From Macrostomum lignano (Eukaryota), in contig NIVC01001000.1 of assembly GCA_002269645.1 (NCBI GenBank), positions 186,001-250,000 on the forward strand: a stretch of DNA of 64,000 nucleotides, in the 5' to 3' direction. This document shows, one piece after another, positions 29,701-40,909 of this stretch (position 1 is its first letter; every line of letters starts with the position of its first letter). The notes beneath the pieces are model-generated. The model had not been told where the DNA came from. It saw only the letters and a list, made by a program, of their open reading frames with translations, and ran no database searches. The translations under genes and the position numbers were made by a program.

Positions 29701-32700
29701 CCTCCCGCAGAGAAGCCACAACCCCTGCGCAAGTGACCAGGTCCACGTCATCTGGGGCACAGGCAGCAAGACGAGGAAAGTGCACAAACTGACCAGCAGT
29801 CAGCTGAGCCTCCCACAAGCGTAGCTTGACCTCGAATGCAGTGATCTCAGCGTGCATGTCCGTCACAAGAATTTCTTGGCCTTGAAGTTTTATATTGAGG
29901 GCATTCAGGTGTGCAGTGACATCAGTCAGCAGGGCCAGGCGAGCAAGCCATTTTGGGTCAGAAAAGCAGTCCGCATGGGGCAGATTCTTCTGGCGCAAAA
30001 ATGTGACAATCTCCTGCTGCAGGTCACACACACGAGAAAGCATGGCCCCACGGCTCAGCCAGCGGACTTCGCAGAAGTAGAGCAGGTCTCCATATTGCGT
30101 ATTCACCTCGTCCACTAGAGTCTGGAACTGGCGATGGTTGAGGCTGCTAGAGAGGATGGAGTTGACAACTTTCACCACAATCGACATGACATCAGCAAGT
30201 TTGGCAGGCAGACTTGGCGCACAGGGCCTCCTGATGAATAATGCAATGCATCTTTTGTATTGGCTGGGTATGGCCGGCAGCCTCACAGTGATGCACTAGG
30301 AGTGATGCGGCGCCTTTCCTCTCTCCAGTCATTGCTGGGGCACCATCGGTCGTCACACACACAAGGCGAGAAAGATCAAGTGAGTGCTGCTCAACACACT
30401 GAAGCACAGCATCAAAGATGTCCTTGCCAGTGGTGGTGCCATGCAGTGGGACAAGCTGCAGAAACTCCTCGTGAATCTTGAGGTCAAAAGTGACTCCTCG
30501 GATAAAAATGGCCAGCTGGGCTGTATCTTTCATGTCAGTGCTCTCGTCAAGAGCTAGGGAGAAGGCAACTAGATCAGAGCAGCAGGTCTTCAGCAAGTCG
30601 TGCACATTGTCCGACATCTCCTCAATGCGCCGTCGAACAGTACGGGATGAGAGGCTCACGCTCTCAAAAGCAGAACGCTGTTCTGGACAGACAGAGTTCA
30701 CCACAGTCACAAGGCACTCCTTGATGAAGTCCCCATCCGAGAAAGGCTTCATCCGGCAAGCTAGTAGATGGGAGACCTCGTAGCTTGCACGAGTCACCTT
30801 GTCGGCCTCAGTGGTCTGCTTGCGGAAGAGCAAAGTCGTCTTCTGCAGGTTGCCAGACAGCTTTGTGATAGCTTCTTTCTTCTTATCAGCAGGCATTGAA
30901 GCATAGGCTGATGTTTGGTGATTAGTTTCCCAGTGGCGACGCACATTGAATTCTTTAAGGACGGCCACAATCTTAAAACAGATAAGACACTGCGCCTGGC
31001 CAAAGCGCTCAACAAAAAAGTACTTCTCCTGCCAATCAGCTTTAAAGGCCCGACACTCGAGATCTACTTTTCTCTTTTTAGCAGGTTGAGGTGTAGTAGA
31101 CATGATTAGATAGATAGATGGAAGGCACACTGTGACACTGAGGGAAATTTTATTTTAGGGGAACTTTTAGTTAATAGGCACATAAATAAACAGATTCGGG
31201 GGAGGTGGTCTACCAACAGCAGGCTGCAGCCTGCTAAACAATGCAGGGGCCAAACCAACTCTTTTCTCTCTGGATAATATAACAATGTCTAAGGCTTGAT
31301 AGGAAGACTGCTAGAAAGGGGAAGAGAACTTATGGACGTACGCCACGTGCCCAGAGGGAAAGACAGCCAAATTGAGCTTAAGGTTGGGCACAGCCCATAC
31401 CTTCGAATCTTAGAATCTGACAATATACTATATAAAGGGAGAGGGGAATAAGTCTTGTTTGCTTATTAGAGTCTAGACTCCTTAGTAGAGCCTTAGAATC
31501 TGGAAAATCTAGTGCCAGACTTATGCGGGCCAGATTTTAATGCAAATGAGAAGCTATGTGGCGGGCCAGAAAATAAAGCCTCGCGGGCCGGATCTGGCCC
31601 GCGGGCCGGAGTTTGCCCGCCCTAGGGCTAACTATTGGAGTGAGTCTGGAAGGCTTGTATCCGAGGGGGAGACTCCAGGCGGGAAGACCGTCCACCTCTA
31701 TTGCTGCCAACCCAAGGGCATCGCCTATCCAGCTCATTATTGGGGGGCCAGGCCAAGGGGGGGAGGGGCACAAGAAGCAAGAGGAAACCGGACTCAGCCG
31801 GTTTTCCCCGATTCGGGACGAACTTCCTTCCCAGGACTCCAATCCACTGTCAGAGATGAGAGCCAAGACACTAAAGCAGGGAGACAACCAGAGGAGCCAG
31901 CAGATGGACCAAGGACAGAGCAGGATGGACCGGGCAGTTAGGGCAGAGCTCATAACTCCAAGAAATTGGATGGCACTATGACCGGGTAAAAGAATAAAAA
32001 CATAAAAGAAAAGGGATAAAACAGCGCTGGGATGCCAGCCCAGAAAAAAAGAAATGGCAGAAGGGAGGAGCACCTGAACCCTACAAGCAGGCGTATTGCA
32101 AACCTGCAACCCGGGGCTCAGCCTCAGGGCTGGCATCAACTGGGCTCTACCGTACACTTTAGTGAATTGTCGTCTTTCCTGCAGGGCGGGTGCGACCGGG
32201 GGGCTCAAGTCCCGTTCTAGCCACACTACAGTCCAGATCTCCAACTCACTCCAGGTACACCACCCCTAACCCAAGGCCGAGGGCCAAATAATTGGAATGT
32301 ACACTAAAGAAATAGGGTTATTTTTAGATGGGCACAGCCCCTCCGGGGCGGACCCTTAGAAATTGGCAAAGCCAATCGGATTGCGCACAACCCTTAGACA
32401 AGCTACCAGAAAGGCAACCAGGGTAAAAACAGTCAGAGACCGTCTTTAGTAGTAGTAGTTACGAGTAGTAGTAGTAAGTAGTAATAGTAGTAGAACGGGG
32501 TTGTAGCCTAGTGGTCAGAGCGTCGGACTCACGACTAAAAGGTCGGAGGTTCGATTCTCGACCTACTCGGAACAATTTGTGTCCTTGAGCTAGACACTTA
32601 ACTCTGCATTGTTCACCCAGCTTTAAAATGGTTGCCAGCATTAGCTGGGGTAATTGAGGCTGTGTGTGGCGACCCCCAAGTCCTTGGGCTCAACAGCCGT

Positions 32701-35434
32701 ACGCAGCCTTCAGATGCGCCAAGCAATAGCTGCGGCTGAGCTGTCGGTTGCACATCTGGCCCGATTGGGCCAGGTGTAGTCAATTATTAGTAGTAGTAGT
32801 AGCTAATATTACATAGTACTTATACTACTATGAATGTTTGACTTCTGTGTTAACTCATATACTACTACCATGACGATTCGTACCAGTAGTTCAATGGGAA
32901 TTTTAAAGGGAAACATTGAATTCCACAATAACCATGACTACTTACATCCGCTCGCTGTCGCTGTCGAGCAGGAATGCTACCGCCTGGAGACCATGGACGG
33001 TCACTATTGCCTACTAGCCGCGAAAGCCGCCTTTGAACTGCAACGCCTCGGCGAAGGCCTTCGCTGGGTTGAACGAGCCGGCAGCGTGCACCGGGCCGCG
33101 CTGTTTCGCGGAGTCGGCTGCCTACTGAAGGCGGCCGACAGTCGCAGCTTGGAAGAGCGTCGGGGTCACCTTGACGAAGGCGAGAAAGCTCTCCGGCTGG
33201 CGTGCGCCGAGGATCCAGCTGACTATTTGGCCTTCTATCACCTGGCTCTCTGTCTAGCTGAGCAGCGCAATCTTCAGGAGGCTCGGGCCACCGTTCTGCA
33301 AGCCTTGGAATTGAATCCCGACCACACCGACTCGGCGCACCTGCTGGCTTTGGTCTATACTGGGCTGCGGCAGTGGGATGTGGCTCAGAAGGTTTGTCAA
33401 TGCTTTTTGGTGTGTCGCCTAGCAACTTAATATTATCTCCTAGTCACCTAGCAACTGATGTGTTTTCTCTAGCTACCTATCTGTTTAGCCTAGCAACCGA
33501 TCTGTTCTGCCTAGCAACCAATCTCTTTATTCTAGTAACAGATTTATGTAATTATTGTAGCAACCGATCTGTATTGCCTATCAACCAATCTGTTCTGCCT
33601 AGCAACCGATCTGTATTGCCTATCAACCAATCTGTTCTGCCTAGCAACCGATCTGTATTGCCTATCAACCAATCTGTTCTGCCTAGCAACCGATCTGTAT
33701 TGCCTATCAACCAATCTGTTTAGCCTAGCAACCGATCTGTTTAGCCTATCAACCGATCTGTTTAGCCTGGAAACCGATCTGTATTAGCCTATCAACCGAT
33801 TTGTTTAGCCCAGCAACCGATCTGTATTAGCCTATCAACCGATTTGTTTAGCCCAGCAACCGATCTGTATTAGTCTAGCAACCGATCTGTATTGCCTATC
33901 AACCGATCTTTATTAGTCTAGCAACCGATTTGTATTGCCTAGCAACCGATCTGTTTATCCTAGCAACCAATATGTTTATTCTAGCAACCGATCTACTTAA
34001 TTATCAAATTCATTCGCCAGGTGCTGTCAGCCGCCTCCCGCGCCCATCCCTACCATTCGAGCATCTTGATCACCCGAGCCTCCTTGGCCGCCTTCCTGCA
34101 CGGCCTCCGCCGCGCTGTTAACGTCTATCGCGCCCTCATCCAGTCCTGGACGGACCGGTTCGGCGACAGCGGTCGTCAGGAGGGCTCGGTGTTGGACCGC
34201 TGGCTGGGCCGACTGGACTCGGAGCTGATGGAGCGGGACCAGTCTGTGAAGCGGGAGTCTGCAGCCGCTAGCAGGATTGAGCACGCTTTCACCGAGCTGG
34301 TCACCGGCACCAGCGACTGCTCGCTTAGCGCCAGTGGCGGGCAGGCGTCCGGCCAGTCTGAGGCGCAGAGGTCTGTTGTGTCTGTCTGTTGTTTGTTTGT
34401 CTGGCTGTCTGTCTGTTGTGTCCCTCTTTTTTGTCTGTTGTCTGTTCTGTTTCTGCCTGTGTGTTTAAGTTAGTTTTTTGGGTCTGTCTGCCTGTATTTG
34501 TTCACTCTATAAATGAATGTATCCTAGATTTCCATCCTCACTAGTACTAGCTGGATAGTTCTCCTTACCCAACCCGAACCTTCAGGCTGCAGGTTCGAAT
34601 CCTGCTGGAGCTGGCCGAGCTATACGTGGATCACGGCATGCTGCAGGAGGCGGGCGACGCGGTGCGGGAATGCGAGCAGCTGGTGCGCCTCAGCCATCAC
34701 GTGCTGTATTTGCGCGGCAGAATTTTAGAGGCCTGCGATCAGCCGGCTAGAGCCAGGGAGGCCTATCAGGTGAGGCTTTTCATACTACTGATTCGGAGAA
34801 GTAGCAAGTATTGAAATTTAATTTAAACCTTTTGATTAAGATTTAAAATAAAACTTCTAAGAAAAGAACTGACTGACTGACTGACTGACTGACTGACTGA
34901 CTGACTGACTGACTGACTGACTGACTGACTGACTGACTGACTGACTGACTGACTGACTGACTGACTGACTGACTGACTGACTGACTGACTGACTGACTGA
35001 CTGACTGACTGACTGACTGACTGACTGACTGACTGACTGACTGACTGACTGACTGACTGACTGACTGACTGACTGACTGACTGACTGACTGACTGACTGA
35101 CTGACTGACTGACTGACTGACTGACTGACTGACTGACTGACTCATCATTTCCGCACCGCAGGACGCCGTGTCCATCAATCCCGGTCACGTGCGCTCTCTG
35201 CAACGCCTCGGACTGCTACTGATTCGTCAGGGCAATCTGCAGTTAGCTGAGAAAATCCTCACCGATGCCGTGAACTACCAGCCTACTAGCAGTAGGAGTT
35301 GGACTCTGCTAGGCCAGGCTCTGTCGCTCACTGGTCAGGAAGCGGAGGCGGCCCAGTGCCTGTTGACGGCGGCTGAACTTGAGCAAACGGAACCGTTTGT
35401 GCCCTTCTACTTTCTGCCGAAAGGTGTGCCGTGA
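23707..35434 (+). CDS. TTC7: Tetratricopeptide repeat protein 7 (PI4KA/EFR3 complex scaffold), 8 exons, 799 aa
   Basis: Exons 23707-23851, 25975-26297, 26687-26917, 27716-28189, 32972-33391, 34021-34370, 34586-34769, 35162-35434. All GT-AG, phases compatible, total 2400 nt. Motifs match recalled TTC7B: ETEFEKYRLEEKW, EGYAVRGICLEK, CYERAGDL, RQLAEILLRG, SHHVLYLRG, HVRSLQRLGLLL..LAEKILTDAV, CLLTAAELE..P.VPF. Confidence 0.93.
26385..26600. repeat. Degenerate ~33-bp minisatellite in TTC7 intron 2
   Basis: Repeated (CTGTCTG[A/T]TACAGAACT..TAATTAAG). Confidence 0.7.
26985..27620. repeat. ~30-bp minisatellite in TTC7 intron 3
   Basis: Repeated CCAGCCTCCCAGATCCCCCAGATTAAGCTA with variants. Confidence 0.85.
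28200..28375. repeat. (TAG/TAA)n low-complexity tract
   Basis: Trinucleotide repeats at the start of TTC7 intron 4. Similar tracts at 32445-32495 and 32785-32800. Confidence 0.85.
28718..31623 (-). mobile_element. hAT DNA transposon (Buster/SPIN-like), ~2.9 kb, in TTC7 intron 4
   Basis: TIRs CAGGGGCGGGCAAACT / AGTTTGCCCGCCCT. Direct repeat AGGGCTAA(C) at 28710-28717 and 31624-31631 (8-bp TSD). Internal transposase. Confidence 0.92.
29276..31103 (-). pseudogene. hAT transposase (GTF2IRD2/SPIN-like), single frameshift; 607 aa if corrected
   Basis: N-terminal CLIC..HWETNH zinc finger, LALDESTD, TTDGAPAM, CIIHQEALC, STYCCEQLFS, C-terminal ..HPSH. The frame is broken only by a 4-bp duplication GGCAGGCA at 30203-30210. 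Confidence 0.9.
32497..32782 (+). mobile_element. tRNA-derived SINE
   Basis: tRNA-like head with A box (TAGCCTAGTGG) and B box (GGTTCGATTCT). Followed by GTGTCCTTGAGCTAGACACTTAAC, typical of SINE central domains, and a (TAG)n tail. Confidence 0.75.
33418..34000. repeat. 21-bp minisatellite in TTC7 intron 5
   Basis: Repeated TAGCAACCGATCTGTATTGCC and variants. Confidence 0.9.
34868..35142. repeat. Perfect (CTGA)n microsatellite, ~68 copies, in TTC7 intron 7
   Basis: Directly visible. Ends about 19 nt before the acceptor AG (35160-35161). Confidence 0.98.
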
Positions 35435-35519
35435 CCTGTTAGCGGTATATATTTCTCTCTGGTTCGGCAAATTGTGCCTCTGGAGTCGGAGTTAATTTTC
35501 TATTTGAATTATTCTGTTA

Positions 35520-35522
<3 letters not shown>

Positions 35523-35554
<32 letters not shown>
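35523..35554. repeat. (TG)n microsatellite in TTC7 3' region
   Basis: Directly visible. Confidence 0.9.
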
Positions 35555-35556
<2 letters not shown>

Positions 35557-35659
35557 ATATTGTGTTTTGTTTTTATTCACTGAAAGCTTTTTCTTTCGAC
35601 CATAAAAAAACAAAATTTACTAATGCAAACTTATTGACTTGATGCAATTCTTATTGTAA

Positions 35660-35975
35660 GAAGGCCGTTTTCATAATTAAGATCTCTTAAAAGGGCCGCT
35701 TTCATGATAAAAGTTCTTAAAATGGCCGTTTTCATAATACGATTTCTTAAAAGGGCCGTTTTCATAATAAAAGTTCCTTAAAGGGCCGTTTTCATAATAA
35801 AAGTTCCTTAAAGGGCCGTTTTCATAATAAAAGTTCCTTAAAGGGCCGTTGTCATAATTAGACTTCTTAAAGGGTCGTTTTCATAATTAGACTTCTTAAA
35901 GGGTCGTTTTCATAATAAAAGTTTTTTAAAGGGCCGTTTTCATAATAAAAGTTCTTAAAAGGGCCGTTTTCATAA
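35660..35975. repeat. 30-bp minisatellite, ~10 copies
   Basis: Repeated AAGGGCCGTTTTCATAATAAAAGTTCCTTA. Confidence 0.9.
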
Positions 35976-36861
35976 ATGGCCGTTTGTTTAGGGTATAATA
36001 ATTCATTGAAGTTGCTTCATGTACTTGTAAAGGCCCATCTTAAAATGTCTTCGAAATGACGAAATTAAATTATGCATAGTTTAATTCCTAGAAAATACAT
36101 GCTGGTACTGAAGATAAACCTTTTTCCATTATTTGTTAACAATTCATCATTTTAGTTGCCTTTTCTTGTTTTGATTAACGATTATAATTTAATATGTAAT
36201 AAAGTTATGCATCTAAATTAACTATATAGTTTTTATAGTAGCAACCTGTGTCAATAGATCGTTGTGACTATAATTAGTATTTTTTAGGATTTTATATTTA
36301 TTATTACGAGTATTATTACTCTGCTGCGCTACATACATAATCGATTTTCTTGCATCAAGTTTATGGCCTGATTGAAACTGATTGTGGCAAATGAATCCGA
36401 TATCACAGTTCACTGGTTTAATTACTAATTGCTAAACTAATAAACTGAAAACGGCTATTATTGCTTCAAACTTGTGATAATAATATAGTCTCAGTGTGTG
36501 ATCATGTCACAGTTATCTCAAACATTTACTTTACTTTATACAGTGTAGATTATAACTATTTTCTAAGGATTTTCCGCATATACAAAATCCACACCTACCC
36601 CCAGCCAAGTCTACTGCAATCCACATCCACCTAACTTTCTGAGCCTTATGAATATCGATAGAGCTATAAGAAAGGCACAAAATATTCCCAGTAAAATATG
36701 AACATCGGGTCTGTCTCCTATCGAAAGCAATAACAACTTTAGTGCTGAAAAAATAAAACTTCCTATCTCCGTAGTGTATTTTTCGGCGAAAAGTTGCCTT
36801 CAAAAAATTGCCATAGATTTTGAGTGTTGCATCCTTCTACTTAAGTTGTCCTTGCTCACAT

Positions 36862-37625
36862 CTACCCCAATCCACACCTACCCCAACCCACACCTGCCCC
36901 AATCAACACGTACCGCAATCCACACCTACCCCAACCCACACCTGCCCTAATCAACACGTACCCCAATCCACAACTACCCCAACCCACACCTGCCCCAATC
37001 AACACGTACCGCAATCCACACCTACCCCAACCCACACCTGCCCCAATCAACACGTACCCCAATCCACAACTACCCCAACCCACACCTGCCCCAATCAACA
37101 CGTACCCCAATCCACAACTACCCCAACCCACACCTGCCCCAATCAACACGTACCGCAATCCACACCTACCCCAACCCACACCTGTCCCAATCAACACGTA
37201 CCCCAATCCACACCTACCCCAACCCACACCTGCCCCAATCAACACGTACCCCAACCCACACCTACCCCAACCCATACCTGCCCCAATCAACACCCACCCC
37301 AACCCACACCTGCCCCAATCAATACCTACCCCAATCCACACCTACCCCAACCCATACCTGCCCCAATCAACACCCACCCCAACCCACACCTGCCCCAATC
37401 AACACGTACCCCAACCCACACCTACCTCAACCCATACCTGCCCCAATCAACACCCACCCCAACCCACACCTGCCCCAATCAATACCTACCCCAATCCACA
37501 TCTACCCCAACCCACACCTGCCCCAATCAACACCTACCCCAATCCACATCTACCCCAACCCACACCTGCCCCAATCAACACGTACCCCAACCCACACCTA
37601 CCCCAACCCACACCTGCCCCAATAC
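36862..37625. repeat. C-rich 16-bp minisatellite with 48-bp higher-order unit (CCCCAA core)
   Basis: CCCCAATCCACACCTA-CCCCAACCCACACCTG-CCCCAATCAACACGTA repeated. Confidence 0.92.
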
Positions 37626-38164
37626 ACACGTACTCTTAAAAGCAATAAATTAAGAAAAAAATTACCAAATATTATTTATCATACTTATTAATAAGAAGAT
37701 TTTGATTAATTTGAGTACTATATCGACTAGTCGACTAAGGGATCTTTCTTTTTTATTAGCAAAAAACTGCGAGACATCTTTCAATTTAAGTAAAACCTGT
37801 ACACATGACTAAACTTTACATGTACATTATTTTAAAAATCGTAGTCTTGTTAGCACTCATTTTGGCGCCGCAAGCACTCTTTTTCGCCATCTATATTTGT
37901 ATTTATATTCGCTATACTTTAGCGCCCTAAAGCAAAATGCTGACTCAACACACACAAGCGCGCCATTACTGAACTCATACACACGCTCACACAGGGTGTT
38001 GGATCGAACACGACAACCGTCACCGGCCAATTTTCGTGCACACTCACAAGCCCAATAAATGTGAAACGGAATCGAACCAATGAATGAATGAAATTTAATC
38101 TGAATTTGAATTAAAAAAAATTGAATTGGATCAAAACCAATCTGAGTAACCATGCATTCTACAT

Positions 38165-38575
38165 ATGAGCCTCGACATCTCAGCAACTCCCCAATGAGCC
38201 TCGACATCTCAGCAACTCCCCAATGAGCCTTGACATCTCAGCAACTCCCCAATGAGCCTTGACATCCTAGCAACTCCCCAATGAGCCTTGACATCTCAGC
38301 AACTCCCCAATGAGCCTTGACATCTCAGCAACTCCCCAATGAGCCTTGACATCCTAGCAACTCCCCAATGAGCCTTGACATCTCAGCAACTCCCAAATGA
38401 GCCTTGACATCTCAGCAACTCCCCAATGAGCCTTGACATCTCAGCAACTCCCCAATGAGCCTTGACATCCTAGCAACTCCCCAATGAGCCTTGACATCTC
38501 AGCAACTTCCAAATGAGCCTTGACATCTCAGGAATTCCCCCATGAGTCTCAGCATGTCTCAGCAATTCTCCCATG
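38165..38575. repeat. 29-bp minisatellite, ~13 copies
   Basis: ATGAGCCTTGACATCTCAGCAACTCCCCA, period 29. Confidence 0.95.
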
Positions 38576-38858
38576 AGCTATGAGCCACAGAATTTCATCT
38601 CTCACACAAACACGAAAACAAAGCCAAAAATTAAATCTGATAAATTTCCACTGCAATAGCTCCTTTAAAAAAGCATAAAAAACACGAAAACACAAAAAGA
38701 CAGAAAACATCACAGAAATATTTCTCTCTCCAGCTATTGTTTTAAACTGCATTGCGAATGAAATGCATCTTGATTTCTCGAGGAGATTCGGGGGAATGAA
38801 TTTTGGCATAGAGCTAACAATTAATGATTTCCTGTCTGGTTATCTTCGATCTTGCTCA

Positions 38859-39984
38859 ATGCTCAGCTACCAGGATAAATATTGCCTAAATCGACAACTC
38901 AGAATCGCAATTAATTCTACCATCTTTTTCCAACCAACAACACCCGGACTATGCCTCGTATCTTTGTGTTGCTTCTGTTTGCCAGCTGCAGCAGCATTCT
39001 CGCCGACGGAGCTGCAGCCGACTTCGAGCCAATTAACCTACTGGGAACTGGTCAACGAGGACCTGCAGGAGTACAGCCTGCAGCAGGCCGCCTTTCCGGA
39101 GAGTAACTACCTTGTCTGCCTGGCTAGCGGCATTGAGGCAGACTCGGACGCTGTCGACTTTAACGAATCTGATGGACTCTGCCGCCTGTACAGTTGCAGG
39201 TGGGGCCGCTGGGGCTGCCGGAAGTGCCGCAACCTTCGCCGGAACGACGAGCAGCCGCTTTGGGTGAGAAATATCTGCATCTACTTCTAATTTTGTGGTC
39301 CATGGCCATGCCAGTTGCCGAAAGCGATCGCAAGGTTACCGCGAGTCTGAAAACTTTAATCCCGGATCGTTTCAGGTGCGTCAGCTGCATCATCTCAACC
39401 GTAGAGTCTGCTGGCGCACCTTCCAGCATCGGGTGGACGGCTCCGTGCTCTTCAACCGATCCTGGGCGGACTACCAAGCCGGCTTCGGCCAGGGCGAGCG
39501 GCTCAACCACTGGATGGGCTTGGACGCGATGCACGACGCCACAAAGGATGGACTTCGGCGACTCCGCTGGGAGCTGACCCTGTGGTCAGGGGAGCCGTTC
39601 TGGGCCGAGAACGAACTGTTTGTAGTGCACGGACCCGCCGAAAATTACCGGCTAAGCCTGGGAGCGCTGGACTCGCCCAGGTCCACCTTAGGAATGCCCG
39701 AACTCAACCACTCGCGATCCCCTAACAACCAGTCCTTCACAACCTACGACAACGACAATGATCTGCTGCATGGCAAAAATTGCGCTCAGGCGTACTACTC
39801 GGGCTGGTGGTTCGGAAACTGCTTCTGGTTCAACCCTAACGGTCGCTATGTGGACTTCGAGGCTACGGCCCCCGGCCAGACGGGAGGACCGGCGATGACG
39901 TACACGTGGCCCGCATCCAGCTATCCGTTCGTTCTGTGGTACTCGCATCGCAGCTTTGAGTGCCTGTATACTGAGTTTGTATGA
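38859..39984 (+). CDS. Fibrinogen C-terminal domain (FReD) protein with N-terminal PAN/apple-like segment, 2 exons, ~337 aa
   Basis: Exon 1 38859-39263 (hydrophobic Cys-rich stretch, then C..AVDFNESDGLCRLY) with donor GTGAGA. Exon 2 39376-39984 with FQHRVDGSVLFNRSWADYQAGFG, HWMGLDAMH, FTTYDNDND..NCA..GWWF..C...NPNGRY. Start codon and acceptor choice are uncertain. Confidence 0.8.
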
Positions 39985-40677
39985 AAAGCGATTATGCTTC
40001 TAAGAACGATTGAATTACTATATAAAAAACTCAGCACAGCACATTCTAATTAACTTGAGAGAAATATTTCAACGCATTCAAACATTTTAGTGCATTGATT
40101 TTTACTTTTACTTTTTTACTCAAACATTCAGAATTTAGAAGTGAAAGAGATAGTTTCTGAATCATGATTGGCTAATGTACTTTTGACAGGGATAGATTCG
40201 GCAGTTCGAAAGAACCTCCCGCAAAGGCGATCTTCTCCATGTCCTTGCATTATTTAGGTAATGCGATCCAGTCCCAGCAGTTGGGTCCTCTTTATCGGCT
40301 ATGACTTCGAGGTTGACTGTTGCGAGCAAACGCACTACATGTATAGTAGTTCAGATCCCCTTTCAAGTTGAAACACGATTTCGATAGAGCTGGTTTGGTA
40401 AGAGCCGCGCAGATCCCAGGGGGTTTGATGGCGGCGGATTTAGCCTAAACTACGGATTAGCTGATTTCTATTTTTCAATACAAATTCTCCCCGCTGACAT
40501 GCGCATCTCGCTGTCTTTTTTAGCTATTAGCTGCCCGCTGCTACACACCGTATGCCACCTCGGGACAGAGTCGGACTGCATATATAAGCTGTATTATGAC
40601 TGTAGGCAGTTTCTACATGTATATGCTTTAAATACTGATAAGCCTCTTTCATCTAGGGCTTAAATTTGTTTTTATAA

Positions 40678-40890
40678 TGTGAGCATTCTATGCACCTAAA
40701 TATTCTAATGTTGTTCGTAGTCCTATTTGTACGTGCTTGCGTATGGGGGTGGTTGTTTGCAACGTGCGGCTGCCCCGTGTGTGTGCAACACCCAAACCCC
40801 ATCTCAATCTTCGGCTTATAAAATATATCGATTGTCAGGCCTGAGCGCCAAGTCGGTTTTCTCGCAATCTCAAACCTCGCTCGTTTTACA
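40678..40890 (+). repeat. 5' LTR (213 bp)
   Basis: Matches 45455-45669. Confidence 0.95.
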
Positions 40891-40891
40891 C

Positions 40892-40909
40892 TGGTGGCAG
40901 CGATGGGCT
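40892..40909 (+). promoter_or_regulatory. Primer-binding site, probably tRNA-Leu
   Basis: TGGTGGCAGCGATGGGCT, 1 nt after the LTR. Close to the complement of recalled tRNA-Leu 3' ends (..CCCACCGCTGCCACCA). Confidence 0.7.

Noticed and set aside
28375-32445. GC-rich sequence hosting the hAT as a LINE or DIRS retroelement
   Set aside because: I found no RT, endonuclease or recombinase motif by eye, so it is left unclassified.
32497-32570. tRNA gene
   Set aside because: A and B boxes are present but the acceptor and anticodon stems do not pair, and it continues into a SINE body.
36862-37625. Interstitial telomere
   Set aside because: CCCCAA cores are separated by 10-nt spacers and are not TTAGGG arrays.
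36820-37653. Mucin-like or adhesive Pro/Thr/His-rich ORF
   Set aside because: Non-ATG start, no signal peptide or splice evidence; it is a translation of a C-rich minisatellite.
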